Source: Asterias rubens
Lineage: Eukaryota
Direction of reading: 5' to 3'
Assembly (NCBI RefSeq): GCF_902459465.1
Contig: NC_047070.1
Location: forward strand, 17,050,001 to 17,114,000
Length of the DNA stretch: 64,000 nucleotides
Part shown: positions 13,840 through 25,158 of the stretch, piece by piece
Numbering within the stretch: the stretch's first letter is position 1
Layout of the letters: every line of letters starts with the position of its first letter
Notes under the pieces: model-generated
What the model was told of the DNA's origin: nothing
Databases searched by the model: none
Seen by the model: only the letters and a program-made list of their open reading frames with translations
Position numbers and translations under genes: made by a program

Positions 13840-14270
13840 ACTTCTTTTTGCTCTCACATTAAAACAAAGACGTCTTTGCTCTGGATCCCTTTTGTTATAG
13901 TCCTCGGTTTAACCAGTAGACACTTCCATGTGCTCGGCGAATCCACCCCTTAGGTGACAACAAAGAACATGTTCGCTAGTCATAAAGAAACAAGGACTTC
14001 TTCGCTCTGTCAATACACCTTTCCTTTCGTTAAAGTCCTGGGTTCAACGGGTAGACATTCCATGATTCCCATGTGCTCAGTGAATCCAGCCCCTTGTCTA
14101 CAAAGAACATACACTGGTCATAAAGAAACATGGACATCCTCGCTCAGTCAAAACACACGGATCCCTTTTGTTAAAGTCCTGGGTTCAAAGGTGTAGACAT
14201 TCCCAAGTGCTCGGTGAATTCACTTGTCTACAAACAACATACACTAGTCAATAGTCATGAAGGGATGAAC
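13840..14270. repeat. Three diverged ~135-141 bp tandem units just downstream of the RAB28 stop codon
   Basis: Anchor GTTA(T/A)AGTCCT(C/G)GGTT at 13894, 14029 and 14170, each followed by GTAGACA..CCA.GTGCTC.G.GAAT. Confidence 0.8.
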
Positions 14271-14402
14271 CAGAGAAGTGAAGTCCAATCTGGATACACC
14301 GTGTAGCTTCACAGACCTTCTCTTTTGTTACAGACAGCCAACTCCCTTAGGATGAGTTCTCTAACCTCCCTGACGAACCTCTTGATGAACTAGGTGGGTA
14401 CC

Positions 14403-17114
14403 TCACATGACAGAACACATAGAACTCCGTGCCTGGTTGGACGGTGGTCGAGGCAGTGGGTCACTGTTGTAGTTTACGACTTCAGCTTTTACAACGCGCT
14501 GTGGTGTTAGCAGGTCAAGGAAGTAACTGAAAAGATATCTTAAGTAAACCCTTCTTGTAACTGACCATTTAGTACAGTTTGTATGGTTTTGAATGATTGA
14601 TGTACTATGCTAGCCTGCATTAAAACATAATATATGGGGCGAATGCAACCTACTACTTCAAATCTTGAAATCTTGTTTCATACCAAAAAGTTTCAGATAA
14701 GAATCAACTAATGCACAAGCAAGATTAAGCAATATTTTAAAAGGATACAGCAGTTCTCTCCAGTTCACTTTTGTTAAGTGTGATGCCCAGGATCTCTGCA
14801 GCAATCCTCAGGAAACATAGATCCACCTGCCAAGGATGAGATAGAATGAACAATTAAAAAAATTCTTTCTTCTTGGTGTAAAAATGAAGCTTCCTGAACG
14901 TACAGAAGGTTTACAGCCGAGTCTTTTTAAGTCAGTGATGGCAAGTTTGCCTCTTCACTCAAAATTTGGATGGGTATGGGTCGATTTCATCAGGATGGTC
15001 CTAACTTAGGACTAGAACTAGGACTCTTAAGGAGTAATTAAAACTTAAGGCTAGTCCTAAGAAAGAGTAAATCGCCCTAAATGTATCTCAAGACGAGACT
15101 AGTTTTAACACTTTGTGAAATCCACCCCAGGAAGATCAGATCAACCAGACACAGATGACACAGTTTGATTGGGTTTGACTTACTGATTCCCCTATCGAAC
15201 CCACTACAAAATGGCACAGAAAAGAGATATTAATTTGACTTACAGAATTACCCATGCAATTTTGACTTATCGTGTCCCTTATCCAACCAGACATCGAATG
15301 GTCCAGAAAAGATAATGTGAATTTGATCAGAAAGCGGTTTGAATTTTGTGTCCCCTGTTGGACCAAGTTTGATTAATTGTGTTCCCTATCCACTCAGACA
15401 CCGAATGACATAGAAAGATGAGAGTTTGACTAACCGTGTCCCCTGTTCGAGCGGAGACAAAATGGCTTGAAAAGCCATGATTGTCGACCATCCTTTGATG
15501 TTTTTCAGCCTTCACAGCTCTCATATGTTCAAGGTCCACTAGAAAACAAAATCAAAATCAATCAATGATTTGAACTTCACTGTCAAAGTAGGAGAATGCT
15601 ACAAAACTGCTACAAGTAATGTCAAAGATTATTATACTGTTAGTTACTGGTGTCCTTAGACATGCAATTCTCCAGTCTGAGGTGAGATTCGACTCAGGGT
15701 CCATTAAGGTAAAAGGCAGGGAAAGAAACCACTGAGCCAACCTGATCTCCATTAACATATTAGTATTTGAAAACAGAAGAAGCACAAGACAAACTGCGGA
15801 CTTACTCTTGTTGGCGATGAGGGCTATGTGAGGACAATGTTCCTGATCTTTGTAGACTTCCTTGACTTTTGTATACCAGTCCTCTACATTCTCAAAGCTG
15901 TTGTAGTTTGTTATATCATAGACAAGGAGTATGCCCTATAAACAGCAAAATACATGAAGTTAGCAGAGTTGTAGGTCTTAAGAATGGTCTCAGTATCAAC
16001 TATCAAGACCAGTCTCGGGACCCAATTTCTTGAGGTTCTGGCTGTTTTCAAGTGAAATGAAAAAGAACTCACCTTGGCTCCATAGATGTAATTCTCCAGC
16101 ATTTTACCGCCTAAAGTCTGTCCTCCTATGTCCCATACTTGTAACGTCACATGCATATCTTCTGTATAGGTCCACAAAAAAGTACAAAGACACCAAAGTC
16201 ATAAAATCATATTGACAGCTTTGGAAAAGATTAGAATAAAAAAGCAAGAATGGTTTGTGTGCCTTGCATAAGTGTCAAGACTTGGACTCGAACCCACACT
16301 CTGTTGATTAGAAACAACAGAGCTTGAGTTAAGTGCTCTTATCCGCTCAGCAACGAAGCACCATGAATGCATTTTAATTACGGAACGATGTAGAAAATTC
16401 AACTTTACCTTTAATGACTATCCTCTTCAAGAAGAAATCCAGACCCACAGTCTGTTGATATTGCTTGCCAAATTGGTCCTGTGAATACCTTGTAGCTAGA
16501 GAGGTCTGCGATTAAAACATGCAAACGAATGAAAATGTAGCGATTCTCTTTGTAAGAATACATGTACACAAAAAATCTTCGGGAAATCATAAGTTTAACC
16601 TATTCAAAGCAGAATCTGGAAGTATTTGGGCCATTAGCAATTCTAAGACAAACTAGGAGGATTAAGAAAGATTTGGGTACAGTACTTCTAGCTTTTTACT
16701 TTTTACTAAAACTGTTAGATATCTCATGGGCTATACATGTGTAGTCTGTTAGGGTGACAGTAAGTTGTATTTTTTCGTCTAGGTCTTTGGCTTCTGCTCT
16801 TTTTGATATGTATAAACATAAACATATATGCTCTATGGAAGAAAGAGAACAACAATTGTTCTCAAGCAAGGAGAATGATTAGACTGGCAAACTGTCAACA
16901 ATTGTTTGACTAATTCAACTGGAATGTTAAACTCCAATCATGCTCAAGAATGACCTTTTCCAGCCAACCCTGGGACTTGATGACTTGGGAGTAAAAACAC
17001 GAGGAAATAACGTAGAGTAGCATTTATAACTACCTTCCCTGAGGAACCATCTCCAAGGATGACAATCTTGAGCTGCTTATCACGTTGGGGTCCTTCCCCC
17101 TCAGAGTCAGACAT
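14403..17114 (-). CDS. RAB28: Ras-related protein Rab-28 (7 coding exons, 224 aa)
   Basis: Exons 17034-17114, 16409-16505, 16073-16161, 15806-15935, 15435-15538, 14749-14826, 14403-14498; 675 nt in frame. Motifs: MSDSE start, [14 protein letters not shown] (P-loop), [35 protein letters not shown] (Rab28-specific DIGGQ), [18 protein letters not shown]-terminal SSMCSVM CaaX box. Confidence 0.96.
14499..14748 (-). other. U12-type GT-AG intron in RAB28 (last intron)
   Basis: 5' site GTATCCTTTT; branch site TTCCTTGAC (14514-14522) about 15 nt from the CAG acceptor; no long polypyrimidine tract. Joins ELERTA to RVVKAE in frame. Confidence 0.88.
14975..15130. mobile_element. Short MITE with GGG(G)TCGATTTCA / TGAAATCCACCCC ends and internal TTAGGAC/GTCCTAA repeats
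   Basis: Related copies at about 32300-32460 and 48920-49062. Confidence 0.7.
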
Positions 17115-19410
17115 CTTGTACTTCTCAAACCAATCGATCAAAACGTCTTGAGAAACTTCTTCTTCTTAAATGAGTGCACTGTTTTTGAGGCTTTGGGTTC
17201 TTGTTTTCTTACTGTTACTACCTGTGTGAATGGGCTGCAAGTGCAACAGCAACATTAGCTTCAGTGATCCCTCTCCCGAAACCGGTGACCCGTTCTCTCA
17301 ATGATGAATCGATGTTAAGCTGTACTGCAGTTCTTGTAACTTCTTTACAAAGCTGTCGTCCTCAGCGGGAAACCTTTCGTTATAATAAACCTTGTATTAT
17401 TCTACAGGTCGCTGCAAAGATTAACATCTTTCCCGGTCTGACAAGAAATCAGAAGGAAGCAGAAAGAAAGATGTAAGTTACATTGTAACTTATATAACAC
17501 GAGCATAGAAAAAATAGAAGGTAGCTTAGTGGTAGGCCATGTACTGTATGTGTTATTCATCCTCGGAGAATTATTCCCTGAAAGGTTTGGCATATGGTTT
17601 GGCCTTTATCTTTAATATTTAATAATAAACAGGAGGAAAAACTTTGCAAACCTCAGTCAGAATCCTGCTAACCAACAGTGCCACTTTCTTCAGCAAACTT
17701 TTAAACACACTTTTATTTCATAATGAATGAAAAAATGGTGACAGTATACGAAAAATCGCATACAACACAATTTATAAAATGGTAATGATGTTTAATTGGT
17801 TGAAATATGGAACAAATTTAATTGGAACAGGAATCAGGATGTCATGTGTCGGAATTATACGACCAACAGCCTGGTTGAGTATTGTTAATAATCATTTATG
17901 ATTTGAACACAAACTCAGGTCGAATTTTTCCATCCATAGTTGAAGCAAGGGGGCATATCATGTGTGCTATCAGATTGCGAGTAAAAACAAGTCATCGTTA
18001 TTTGATTAAATATGTTCATTTAATTACCTTCGAGATCAATCAATCAAGTGATGAACAAAACCAGTGGATCGTTGCTTCGTCTTACAATAACATACCGTGC
18101 TCGCTTGTAGCCCAACAAATCTGCAAAGAGATGCCACTCACAGCGCTTACTGAGCCTGTTTGGGCTCTATAGAAAGCCCACACTGTTTATTACCTGTTTG
18201 TTGTGGTCATGTCAACATAAAGGTTAGACTTGAGTCAGTCATGCTCACCTCCAGATTGCCAAAGTGTACCTGCTTAATAATTATCCGATAGGGTGCATAA
18301 CTGCATATTCGTGGGGACGGGGGGGGGGGGGGGGTGTTGGCAAAGACATTGGTTTTGCATATGCAATCGTGTCCGCCCGGACGCTGCTGCATAATGCAAT
18401 TGTGTCCGCCCGGACACATTTGCATATGCAGTTGTGTCCGCCCCCATGCAAAACCGTCCTTGCAGTAAATTAAACGCCCTTGGTCGACGGCACGTACGTA
18501 CTCCCATTCTCCAGTTTTTTGCAAGCTAAGTGCATGTCATGAATGACATGGGAATTCCGGAAATGTTCGGCCGCTGGGTGTATTCGCTGTAATCATGCTG
18601 CATAGGTTGTGCATGCACGCTCGCACATACATGTACAAACATGTACATGTCCACTGGACTGTTTTTGCATAGCCCCGGACATGATTGCATATGCAAAAGT
18701 GTCCGGAGCGGACAGTATTGCATGGCGGACACAATCGCATCTGACAGGGACAAGGAAAGGCAATATTGGGGATCAGAGGGATGGGCTTTATTTTACCACC
18801 AGAGAGAATTTAGAATCAATTTATTTTGATTCAATGAACGGCGGAAGCACAACTCAAACTCCTCCATCAGGTTTCTTGTGACCGGTGGGCCACGACCTGT
18901 CTCCATAGTTGCTCATTGGGTCACTTCATCAGCTTACGTAAGTCTTGACAGCTAGTTCGGTAGCGGCCAGACACTTTCTGTTGTCACGTGACCATCGTGG
19001 CCCTGGCATCGGCATTTTCACCAAAAACAATCCAGAGGGAGCATGTGGAAGTGCACTCAGCCGCACGCCATATACGCATACCTTCACCACACAAGGACCA
19101 AATTTCTGATCAAGCTGTTCAGCAAAAAATACTGCTGAGTAAACTTAGCTAAGCACAACAAAATTGGTGGGTTACCAATCACAACAGTAGTGCAAATTAT
19201 GGCTGGTGCATGCAGTTTCTTCTGCTCACTGTGCTAAGCAACTAGAGTGTTTACAGTTTTTTACAGTTGGACCCTGATATGAGCGGTTAAACTGAAAAGC
19301 TTTTTGTTGCACCTGTTTTCCCAATCCCAGGGCACTCGGACTTGTTGGATCCATTTTTGAACGGCATTTCGCACATTGCCCCTCTTTAAAACGGGAATTC
19401 CCCGGCATAC

Positions 19411-19527
19411 CTTGTTGTCTACAGTCGTTGACTTCTGCGCGTAGTCAGACTGCGCATGCAGAATATCATTTACATTTTTGATCTAAGCTGCAGTGGGATT
19501 ATTAGGCGGCGGTTTGTACCCTAAAAG
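19411..19527. promoter_or_regulatory. Putative bidirectional promoter with two divergent non-coding first exons (RAB28 minus, methyltransferase plus)
   Basis: Minus-strand donor AAG|GTATGC at 19410 pairs with a strong pyrimidine-rich acceptor at 17438 upstream of the RAB28 ATG. Plus-strand donor AAG|GTAAGG at 19528 pairs with the acceptor TTTCTCTGTCTCTTTCTCTTATTAG ending 20129, 53 nt before the methyltransferase ATG. The segment is CpG-containing and has CTGCGCATGCA at about 19450. Exon usage is inferred. Confidence 0.5.
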
Positions 19528-20182
19528 GTAAGGTGTGGTTCAAAATGGCTCTAAGCATTTTGTACAGAGCCATAGTGTACATCGTTGTGTGTGGGTGGGC
19601 GTGTGTGTGTGTGTGTGTCGACCCTTGATTCGCCCATGCTTTCACGGCGTGTTTTTCATACTATCGCGGTCGGGCCCGCCAGCACTGGCAACCGACGATC
19701 GACGGCGGCACCATCCAACACTGACCGTGATCGCGTGGGGGTATTTTTAACGGTAAATTTCTTTGCATCACACTTGCATTTTATCTTACATTGACTGCCT
19801 GTTGTTTTTCTTGTGTCAATGGGAAAATATATTTTTATGATTTATATTATTCAGTCCATTTTACTTGACTCGTGTATAAGTATTGGTTCACAAACGCCCT
19901 CACGTGGTAAAAAAATGCACATCCCATCCAATGTGCCTAAACCATAGCCATTAAGCCTCCACAACACAGTTACAAGTACGCCGACATTGTGCTCAGTGAT
20001 CCTTCGAACCATTTTTTTTAGACAAACTAAAACAAGCAAAATAAGAAGCCCTCGACTGCCGCAATGCCTCAATCCACAACAACAAAAAGTTCATTAAAAT
20101 AGTTTTTCTCTGTCTCTTTCTCTTATTAGGAGTATTTTGAAACCAATGGAGATACCCCATTAATTTACTGTCAAACGTCACC

Positions 20183-21223
20183 ATGGCAAGAAGGCGCTCA
20201 GATCCAAAGGATCTTCCTTTAGTTCGAGCTGTCGCGTTTTATAACCCGATGGCACCTCCACTGGTGCCCCGAGTTCTCATCGACGCACTACCTCAACTCT
20301 TAGAGAATATTCGAGTATTTCCTGGATATGGGATGTTCAGTGGTCCCACTCCATACCAGCGCATAGGGGCAGCCCTTACCAACCTATCCATGGTCTACAC
20401 AAACCTTGGGAAGGCACAATACATCCCGCAACCAGATTTTACAGACCCAGCGTTTCAATGCGCCTACGTGTTTCAGTACCTGGTGAAACACTGCCATCTG
20501 GTCTACCAGATACTGTGGAAGACGTTACCGATCAGCATCGCTAGGATCTGGCTCCAGAGGGGCGTCAATGTTTGCTCGATCGGAGGCGGTCCCGGTACCG
20601 ATATCATCGGGGTCCTGGTGTTCCTTCGTTCCATGGGATCGTATCTAGGGTACCCGGAGAACACTGGGCGTGTCATGGGTTACGTACTGGATCAGTACGG
20701 CGCATGGGAGAGCACCTGGTCGTCCCTTAGAAGCAACAACGCCACTCTAAGAGACAGTCAGATATACTGCTCTTACATCACTTGCGATCTTTTGGACGAG
20801 TTGCCCACAGCTGCCACGGAGGATGAGATTCGACAGGCCGACCTGGTCACCATGATTAAGTCACTATCTGCATTTCAAATGTTCCTAAAGGATGGGCGCG
20901 ATATCAGGCACTGTGCCGTCACCAAACTTCTCAGGCAGCTGAGGAGAGGTGCCTTCGTTCTCTTCATCGACAACAAGGACGAGATGTCCAGACGTATCTT
21001 CTACACCGGATACAGGAGCCAGAATAGGATTTTTCTTGAAGACATGGCCGCACCGGCAGGGTTACGAATAGTGGGAGAGTGGCATGGCAAGACAACGACA
21101 CGGCTCGAGTGGGACCACCATCGCTGCCTGATGGTGCAGCTAAAGCAGTTCCAGTTGAACGACTGGAAAGTTCCGGGACTACGAACATGCGATGTCAGTG
21201 CGTTCCTTCTTCAAAAGCAATAA
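20183..21223 (+). CDS. Uncharacterised class I (Rossmann-fold) SAM-dependent methyltransferase-like protein, intronless CDS, 346 aa
   Basis: Longest uninterrupted ORF in the window. Glycine loop VCSIGGGPGTD (motif I), acidic end of beta2 VLDQY, ITCDLL, ADLVTMIKSLS, GAFVLFIDN, in the expected order and spacing. Start context CACCATGG. Confidence 0.8.
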   Translation: MARRRSDPKDLPLVRAVAFYNPMAPPLVPRVLIDALPQLLENIRVFPGYGMFSGPTPYQRIGAALTNLSMVYTNLGKAQYIPQPDFTDPAFQCAYVFQYLVKHCHLVYQILWKTLPISIARIWLQRGVNVCSIGGGPGTDIIGVLVFLRSMGSYLGYPENTGRVMGYVLDQYGAWESTWSSLRSNNATLRDSQIYCSYITCDLLDELPTAATEDEIRQADLVTMIKSLSAFQMFLKDGRDIRHCAVTKLLRQLRRGAFVLFIDNKDEMSRRIFYTGYRSQNRIFLEDMAAPAGLRIVGEWHGKTTTRLEWDHHRCLMVQLKQFQLNDWKVPGLRTCDVSAFLLQKQ

Positions 21224-22112
21224 CATTCAACATGTCTCAGTGGTAATTGGCTTTTAAAGGCACGACTTGGCACCTTTGTGAATCTTCAAAGACCAACAAT
21301 CTCACTTGGTAATTCCAACGGATACAATAACAACCTGTGAAAATTTTGACTCAATCGGCAATAGCAGTTGCAAGAGAATAATGAAAGAAAAGATGCCATT
21401 GTTACTAAATGCCAAATAAAAATTTGCGTCAGGCCTCCTTAAGTCTTTAAATATTGTTTGAGTGAGAAATTACCCCTTGCTCAAAAACTACGTCAGAGGG
21501 AGCCGTTTCTCGTAATGTTTTACGATCAACAGCTCTTACTTATTTTTTAGTAATTACCAATAGTGTCCAGCAGTGACCAGTGCCTTTACGGAAACATACA
21601 AAGGACAGCTATAATTGTTATCGTCTGAAATAATAATTTCATAATTTATTAACATAAATCATGTATATAACAAAATGACTAATATACACCAATATGCAAT
21701 AAAGAATGTTGGTATTACAAAACATGTTTTCACTGTAAATATATTTTTTATTAGTTTCGGTTCATTCCTGGCTGTTTTTAGGAGCAAAATTATTTTGTGG
21801 AGGCTGACAAAACTTTGCACTGAATGATATCGAAAACAATAATAATACATCCTTTTAACGTGCGGTAAATTCGTCCCACTCCCACGAGGACACCATGATG
21901 GAACATCATATACAGGCAGCTCTTATCCAGCCACCTTCAGCACCCACAAACTCAACACACAAAGCTAGGTGCAAATACAATTTTGACACCTTTCTAAAAA
22001 TGGCCGTTTACCGAACCGGTCCCACGTGTGCGATTAAAATTTGTAACAAACATAGGCCTACTATGAACACGACGTTTGGTACACCGCTAATCGAAGCTCG
22101 GTGGTTTTGCAC

Positions 22113-24466
22113 TTAAAGGTGTGGGCCGACATCAAACGCCATCTTATATTTATCACCGATACCACATGTGATGACGTCACCCTCGTTCACGGGATGAATA
22201 TTTGGGGGACTCCCCGTCAGGATGAGGTCTCCCTCGTCAAGGGTCATGTACCGGGTGATGTGACTGATCATTTCAGGTACCTTGAAGACAAAGTCACTTG
22301 TATTTGCGTCTTGTTTCAATTCCCCATTCAGCTCCAGCCACATGCGAAGGTTGTGAGGGTCCGGGATTTCTGCCTTGTCTATAAACTTGCCTATGGGAAG
22401 TGCTGTGTCGAACGCCTTGGCAATGGCCCATGGGTGACCGATCTTTTGGAGGGGTAGTAACAAGTCTACGGACGTCATGTCTAATGCTAAGGCGTATCCT
22501 CCACCGTGGTCCATAGCGCTGGCTGCAGGGATCTTGAAGCCTTTCTTGCCGATAACTATACCCAGTTCAACCTCGTAGTAAAGACCTTTGCAACCGGGTG
22601 GAGCCTGCAGTGGAAAGCGAAATTACATTAAATAAACCTATCACTAAAACAATTTGTGCCACGAAAAGTCATTTGAACCCTTAAAGAACCCGGTGTCCCA
22701 GGGAAATCTGTCCGCCGGGGACACTGTCCCCAATATGGAAATAACGTGATGGGTTGAAGGTGGACGTTTCAAAAGAGGGTGCTTTCAGAAGTAGCTTGTA
22801 ATCACAGTTCGCCGTATTGGGGTGGGGGCACATAATTTCCTGCCACACCAGCCTGTACTATAAACACGCTCTTACAAATCCGTAAAGAGACAAGAAGGAC
22901 GGACACCAGATAGCTAGCTCCGTGTGTGCATACCAATAATTATTGTCTTAATAAAAATGTTATAACACAGTGATGGGCGCGCGTTATTCTTGAAACGTTC
23001 ATTCTTTATGCAGCTCTCGGTCTGAGCACATTTTGGGGAAATAAAATCTGCTGTATTTATTTATTTATTTATTTTTATTTTAATTCTTCGGACAAGCAAA
23101 ACAATAGCTCATCAAAAAAAACATTTATATACTACTAATTGAAAGGAATGCAATGATAAAGCCATCATTTTATTTTCACGAAAAGATTCTTGCACAGCAC
23201 GAATGCATGAACAGAAGTTTTATTTTGTATAAATTGCCGCGTGTGACTAAAGGCCATACATCAGGATTGCCATTCAATACGAACATCAGCCTTTAGAAAG
23301 TGACACATGCCGAACTTACCCTTATCAAAGCCCCGTTGCCTTCTTCCAGGTAGCAACTTGTCGGCTTAAGAAAAATCAGTGGTTCATTCGGGAGAGACAT
23401 GTTAAATTCCTTGGCGAGTTGTCTAAAAATATTTTTTGGGGAAAAAGAAAAGGAAAAATAACATCCACATGGACATGAGTCACTTTCACGTGTGCTTTTA
23501 GTGTCAGGGTATACTTTAAAAACACCCTTGTATAGCACAAGTTGTGTGAATTCAAGACCTCAGCTGAGGTCTCGAGTTCAATTTGAATATTTTAGTGAGA
23601 AATTACTCCTCTCTCAAAAGTTTACGTTACTTCAGAGGGAACCGTTTCTCACAATGTTTCATACTACCAACAGCTCTCCACCATGCTCTTTAACAATTAA
23701 GTTTTTATGAGGCTAACAATCATTGATTTATAACCAATAGTGACGTTCAGTGCCTTTAAAACAAACTATTTTCGAATAACCAATACAGAAAGACAATTAT
23801 TGTGCTTTTACAAGTACATTTATATACTTGCAGATTATTCTTACAATGGGGTATAGCAAGAGTATCTGTACCTGTCCGCGGCGTACAAGCACCTTATCGC
23901 GTGTGCATTGTACGTTTGGGACGCAAAAAAAAAATTGGAACAGGCGGGGGCAAAATGCACGTCAGAAATGCAGGTTCAGTTGGCCAGCAGTGCCTGCATT
24001 GAATAAAATGTTGGATGTGTGAATCGGTTGAGCAAACACCTCTACCCCAAAAAGGAAGGGCACCCACGTTCGAGCAAAAAAAGTCATGGATCAAAAGGCT
24101 TTCAGTGTGGCTCACCTTTTGCTATGTTAATTTCTTTCTATAGTGCTTGAAGGAGTAGCGCCTTGTGAAAATGTAACGGGAAGGGATGCAATCACTGGCA
24201 TGGTCGTTTCAACTGTCACAATATATTATTCTCTGTACAGTCGCATGTAGTTTGACCATAAGGCCACGATTTGTGTGTTTTTTATTTTATATAAAATAAA
24301 GAATAATAATATGATACAAATCACAGTGACATTAATTAATACACCGCACTCATGCACACTATTAAAATGATAACCATTTGGGATAAACTCACCTGTAATT
24401 TAAACCAACCCCAACTATCTTGCGACCTTTTTCGACGAACCTGCGCAGTGCCATTGAGCCAGCCAT
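22113..24466 (-). CDS. FAHD1: Fumarylacetoacetate hydrolase domain protein, FAHD1-like (3 exons, 222 aa)
   Basis: Exons 24393-24466, 23320-23422, 22113-22604; 669 nt in frame. Motifs KIVGVGLNY, EPLIFLKPTS, YYEVELGIVIGK, GGYALALDMT, PWAIAKAFDT, IPDPHNLRMWLELNGELKQ, TLDEGDLILTGSP. The family is certain; one-to-one orthology is not. Confidence 0.88.
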
Positions 24467-24801
24467 CTTGAAGTTTTTGTCAGAGAAATTCAGTGGTTAG
24501 AACGATCCCACCCTCTGTCTACTTTCTATAGAAATGCTGTGAAAGCAAGGCGGTAACAGTATTTATAACCTTTGATCTATGGTGAATGCACTCCGTATCT
24601 CGTCTGTGCACGACACCGTACCTGGGACTGTGTGCGCAGGTCATACGCATTTTACTGTCCGCATCCGGAGTCGGTGTCCATTGCTGCTCAAAGTGACTTC
24701 AGAAAACACAAAGGTTCATCTTAAGATGGGTTCTTGTCTTATTAGTCGATACGAATTGGGACATTACTCTTTGCTTAGCAATTAAGATTGATCACAGTTA
24801 A

Positions 24802-25158
24802 AGGCAGTGGACATTTATCGGAATAAAACCTCACTTGGTAACGAGGTATGGGGAGAGGTTGGTAGTATAAACCATTGTGAGAAACGGCTCCCTCTGAAGT
24901 GAAGTAGTGTTTGAGAAAGAAGTAATTTTCCACGATTTTGATTTCGAGACCTCAGATTTAGAACTTGAGGTCTCGAAATCAACCATCTAAACGCACACAA
25001 CTTCGTGTGACAAGGATGTTTTTTTCTTTCATTATTATCTCGCAAGTTCGATGACCGATTGAGCTCAAATGTTCACAGGTTTGTTATTTTATGCATATGT
25101 TGAGATACACCAACTGTGAAGGTTAGTCTTTGACAATTACCAATAGTGTCTACTGCCT
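24802..25158. mobile_element. TTAA-flanked MITE, family 1 (Kolobok-like termini), near-intact copy
   Basis: TTAA|AGGCAGTGGACA ... TGTCTACTGCCT|TTAA, with internal hairpin GATTTCGAGACCTCA-n11-TGAGGTCTCGAAATC. Further full or partial copies at about 21255-21590, 23550-23760, 34258-34634, 35510-35805, 36691-37073, 42350-42690, 43810-44040, 50445-50760, 53085-53370, 58820-59240 and 62530-62830. The superfamily is inferred from the TTAA duplication plus RR..YY ends. Confidence 0.85.

Noticed and set aside
13440-14270. Repeat arrays considered as possible CRISPR
   Set aside because: Eukaryotic context, whole units repeated without unique spacers, and no cas genes.
18865-18945. CUGAUGA...GAAAC on the minus strand with a GTGACC/GGTCAC stem
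   Set aside because: Two extra A before GAAA, and no consistent helix I or III around an NUH triplet; more likely part of a dispersed repeat.
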